Position numbers and translations under genes: made by a program
The notes under the pieces: model-generated
Seen by the model: only the letters and a program-made list of their open reading frames with translations
What the model was told of the DNA's origin: nothing
Database searches by the model: none
DNA from: Clostridiales bacterium DTU074
Lineage (GTDB): Bacteria > Bacillota > Clostridia > Caldicoprobacterales > Caldicoprobacteraceae
Length of the DNA stretch: 64,000 nucleotides
Assembly: GCA_001513075.1 (NCBI GenBank)
Contig: LFSE01000067.1
Span: forward strand, 23,233 to 87,232
Reading direction: 5' to 3'
Shown here: positions 61,968 to 64,000 of the stretch, piece after piece
Numbering within the stretch: position 1 is the stretch's first letter
How the letters are laid out: every line of letters starts with the position of its first letter

Positions 61968-62966
61968 ATGACTCCAAGAGAAAGGTTTTTGAGGGTTTTA
62001 AACTTTGAAAGAGTGGAAGATCGGCTTCCGATGGTTGAATGGGCTGCCTGGTGGGATAAGACTGTTGAGCGTTGGAATGGAGAGGGTTTTCCTACAGGGC
62101 TGTCCCTGGAGGAATCTCTCAGGTACTTTGGTCTGGATCCCATGATTATGATTAACGGAAGTGCCATTTCTGACGAACTGCCAGGACCAGATGCTCATGG
62201 AGCACCGATAATACATGATGAGGAAACCTATGAAGAGATAAAAAGGTATCTGTACACCGATTCGATTATTGACAAAATAAAAGCCGTTGCTAAGGAACTA
62301 AAACAAAAGCATGACAGAGGCGAGATAATTATAAGGCTGTGGCTGGATGGATATTTCTGGTTTCCCAGAATTCTTTTCGGCATTGAGGGTCATCTGTATG
62401 CATTTTATGATCATCCCAAACTCATGCACAGAATAAACAATGATTTGACCGAGTTCAATATTCGTGTGGTGGAAGAGCTTTTCCCCATCCTTGTACCGGA
62501 TATGGTGGGATTTGCAGAGGACATGTCATATAACCATGGGCCCATGCTATCGTATGGCATGTTTAACGAGTTTCTTACCCCCTATTATCGGAGATTAATT
62601 CCCCATATCAAAAAATACAATGTAAAGGTTTTGGTTGACAGCGACGGGGATATTACCAGAATGATACCCTGGATGTACGAAGCTGGTATAGAAGGAGTAT
62701 ATCCTTTGGAAAGACAGGCAGGAGTAGATGTTGTTAAGATCCGCACGGAATATCCCGATTTTCTCATGATGGGCGGATACGATAAGATGGTTATGTCCAA
62801 AGGAGAGAAGGAAATGCGTGCGGAATTCGACAGGCTATTGCCGGTTATGAAGTCGGGCGGATACGTTCCATCGGTAGATCATCAAACACCTCCCGAAGTT
62901 TCCCTGGAAAACTATAAGATATACATAAAGCTGTTTGGTGAGTATGCGGAAAAAGCCGCTAAATAA
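61968..62966 (+). CDS. Uroporphyrinogen-decarboxylase (URO-D) family protein, function unknown
   Basis: About 330 aa. The N-terminal 'TPRERFLRVLNFERVDRLP'-type motif and 'SDGDI' / 'PSVDHQTPP' blocks are seen in URO-D-like / methyltransferase-like proteins. ATG 61968 with aaaggag RBS. Confidence 0.6.
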   Translation: MTPRERFLRVLNFERVEDRLPMVEWAAWWDKTVERWNGEGFPTGLSLEESLRYFGLDPMIMINGSAISDELPGPDAHGAPIIHDEETYEEIKRYLYTDSIIDKIKAVAKELKQKHDRGEIIIRLWLDGYFWFPRILFGIEGHLYAFYDHPKLMHRINNDLTEFNIRVVEELFPILVPDMVGFAEDMSYNHGPMLSYGMFNEFLTPYYRRLIPHIKKYNVKVLVDSDGDITRMIPWMYEAGIEGVYPLERQAGVDVVKIRTEYPDFLMMGGYDKMVMSKGEKEMRAEFDRLLPVMKSGGYVPSVDHQTPPEVSLENYKIYIKLFGEYAEKAAK

Positions 62967-63166
62967 GCAGAAAAAAATAACAGTTTATCCCCGAGCAATT
63001 TCATTTATTACATTCCTTTTATATGTTGATTATGCAAGCAATATTAAATGTTTTCGAAAGGGTTAAATGTTTATTCCAAGCTGACAATACTGTAAAGGCT
63101 GCTGACGGTTCCGTGATCCTAAAATTATAAATACAGCAAAAATTAGAAAAAAATAGATAGCGACGA

Positions 63167-63195
63167 TTGACTTGACAGAAAATTTATACTATAAT
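63167..63195 (+). promoter_or_regulatory. Sigma-A type promoter upstream of hisZ
   Basis: TTGACT (63167-72), a 17-nt spacer, then TATAAT (63190-95). Confidence 0.55.
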
Positions 63196-63261
63196 AGACG
63201 TAATTTAACACTGCAATGCTTTAACAAGTTAATGTGATAAAGCCAAATCCGGAGGTTATAT

Positions 63262-64000
63262 ATGATTGGAAAATTGAAAGTATACTTACCGGGAGGCGTG
63301 CAGGATTATCTGCCTGATGAATGTTATAATAAGCGGAAGGTTGAAGATAAGATCCGTAAGTTCTTTTTTTTGAGCGGATATGACGAGGTTGAAACTCCCG
63401 TACTGGAATATTTTGATGTGTTTGCAGGGGTAAAGACATCCATAGATCAGGAGAGCATGTTCAAGCTCGTCGATCCTGAGGGCAGGATTCTGGTGTTGCG
63501 GCCCGACATAACCATGCCGATAGCGCGGATGGTGGGGACAAAGCTGAAAGATTGCACATTACCGCTTCGGCTCTCTTACCTGGGGAATGTATATCGATAC
63601 GGCGAAATTCAAATATGCAAACAAAGGGAAGTTGCCCAGGCCGGATTAGAGCTTCTGGGGGTGGATAGTCCTGAAGCCGATGCGGAAGTTATCGCTATGG
63701 CCATTCAGATGTTTTTGGATCTGGGGCTCAAGGAGTTTCAAATCGATATAGGCCAGGTGGAATTCTTCAGGGAAATTATTAATGAAACAGGTATATCGGA
63801 GGAGAGTGTGGAAGACATCCGCCGACTAATAGATCAAAAGGACATGCTCTCCCTCGAGAGACTGCTTGGGGAACTGCCAATACCCGACGATACGAAGAAT
63901 TTATTGTACACCCTGCCGCAGCTTTATGGGGACGGCAGCATATTGGATGAGGCTATGGAGATATCCCGCAATGCCGGGGCTCAAGCTGCAATAGAGAATA
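63262..64000 (+). CDS. hisZ: ATP phosphoribosyltransferase regulatory subunit HisZ (3' end beyond window)
   Basis: This gene is not in the ORF track because it runs off the window. My translation from ATG 63262 (RBS ggagg) gives 'MIGKLKVYLPGGVQDYLPDECYNKRKVEDKIRKFFFLSGYDEVETPVLEYFDVF...FKLVDPEGRILVLRPDITMPIARM...LRLSYLGNVYRY'. That is the HisZ/class-II aaRS-like pattern. Confidence 0.85.
   Translation, partial: MIGKLKVYLPGGVQDYLPDECYNKRKVEDKIRKFFFLSGYDEVETPVLEYFDVFAGVKTSIDQESMFKLVDPEGRILVLRPDITMPIARMVGTKLKDCTLPLRLSYLGNVYRYGEIQICKQREVAQAGLELLGVDSPEADAEVIAMAIQMFLDLGLKEFQIDIGQVEFFREIINETGISEESVEDIRRLIDQKDMLSLERLLGELPIPDDTKNLLYTLPQLYGDGSILDEAMEISRNAGAQAAIEN

Overview
The window is a core chromosomal region of a spore-forming, Clostridia-type Firmicute. 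The lineage call rests on gerM, DegS/DegU, DivIVA/SepF and a SigB/F-type sigma factor. I found no rRNA, CRISPR array, transposase, integrase or prophage signature.

Contents from left to right:
- 3' half of an MMPL transporter, then a secreted xxxLxxG heptad-repeat protein.
- A 5-tRNA operon (Pro, CAT, Phe, Tyr, Leu).
- A convergent GH29 fucosidase / GH130 mannoside-phosphorylase pair.
- A SigB-like partner-switching module with unusual composition.
- A division and envelope block: yggS-sepF-yggT-divIVA, yteA-like, lspA, rluD.
- A PyrR-attenuated pyrimidine operon (pyrR-B-C-F-carB-pyrK-D-E) with no carA.
- rqcH, followed by a decayed gene.
- gerM-rph-rdgB-ysnB, in the same order as in B. subtilis.
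- An 8-tRNA operon.
- An SPL-family radical SAM gene, sorbitol-dehydrogenase-like MDR, ROK glucokinase, a SCIFF-type radical SAM/SPASM maturase with no adjacent precursor, glycerate kinase, a GNAT, a Gfo/Idh/MocA oxidoreductase, and HEAT and DUF1540 proteins.
- iorAB-paaK-ACT, alr, 5-formyl-THF cyclo-ligase and degSU.
- The cyanophycin pair cphB-cphA, then a DUF2156 / Eis-like GNAT pair.
- The F1Fo ATP synthase operon.
- PHP histidinol phosphatase, a URO-D family protein, and the start of hisZ.

Most noteworthy observations:
1. atpH is reduced to its C-terminal domain and fused in-frame to atpA.
2. The sigma module has an RsbW-like protein that has lost its ATP-binding motifs, plus a second, intact HATPase kinase after the sigma gene.
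3. The SCIFF maturase is orphaned.
4. carB sits in the pyr operon without carA.
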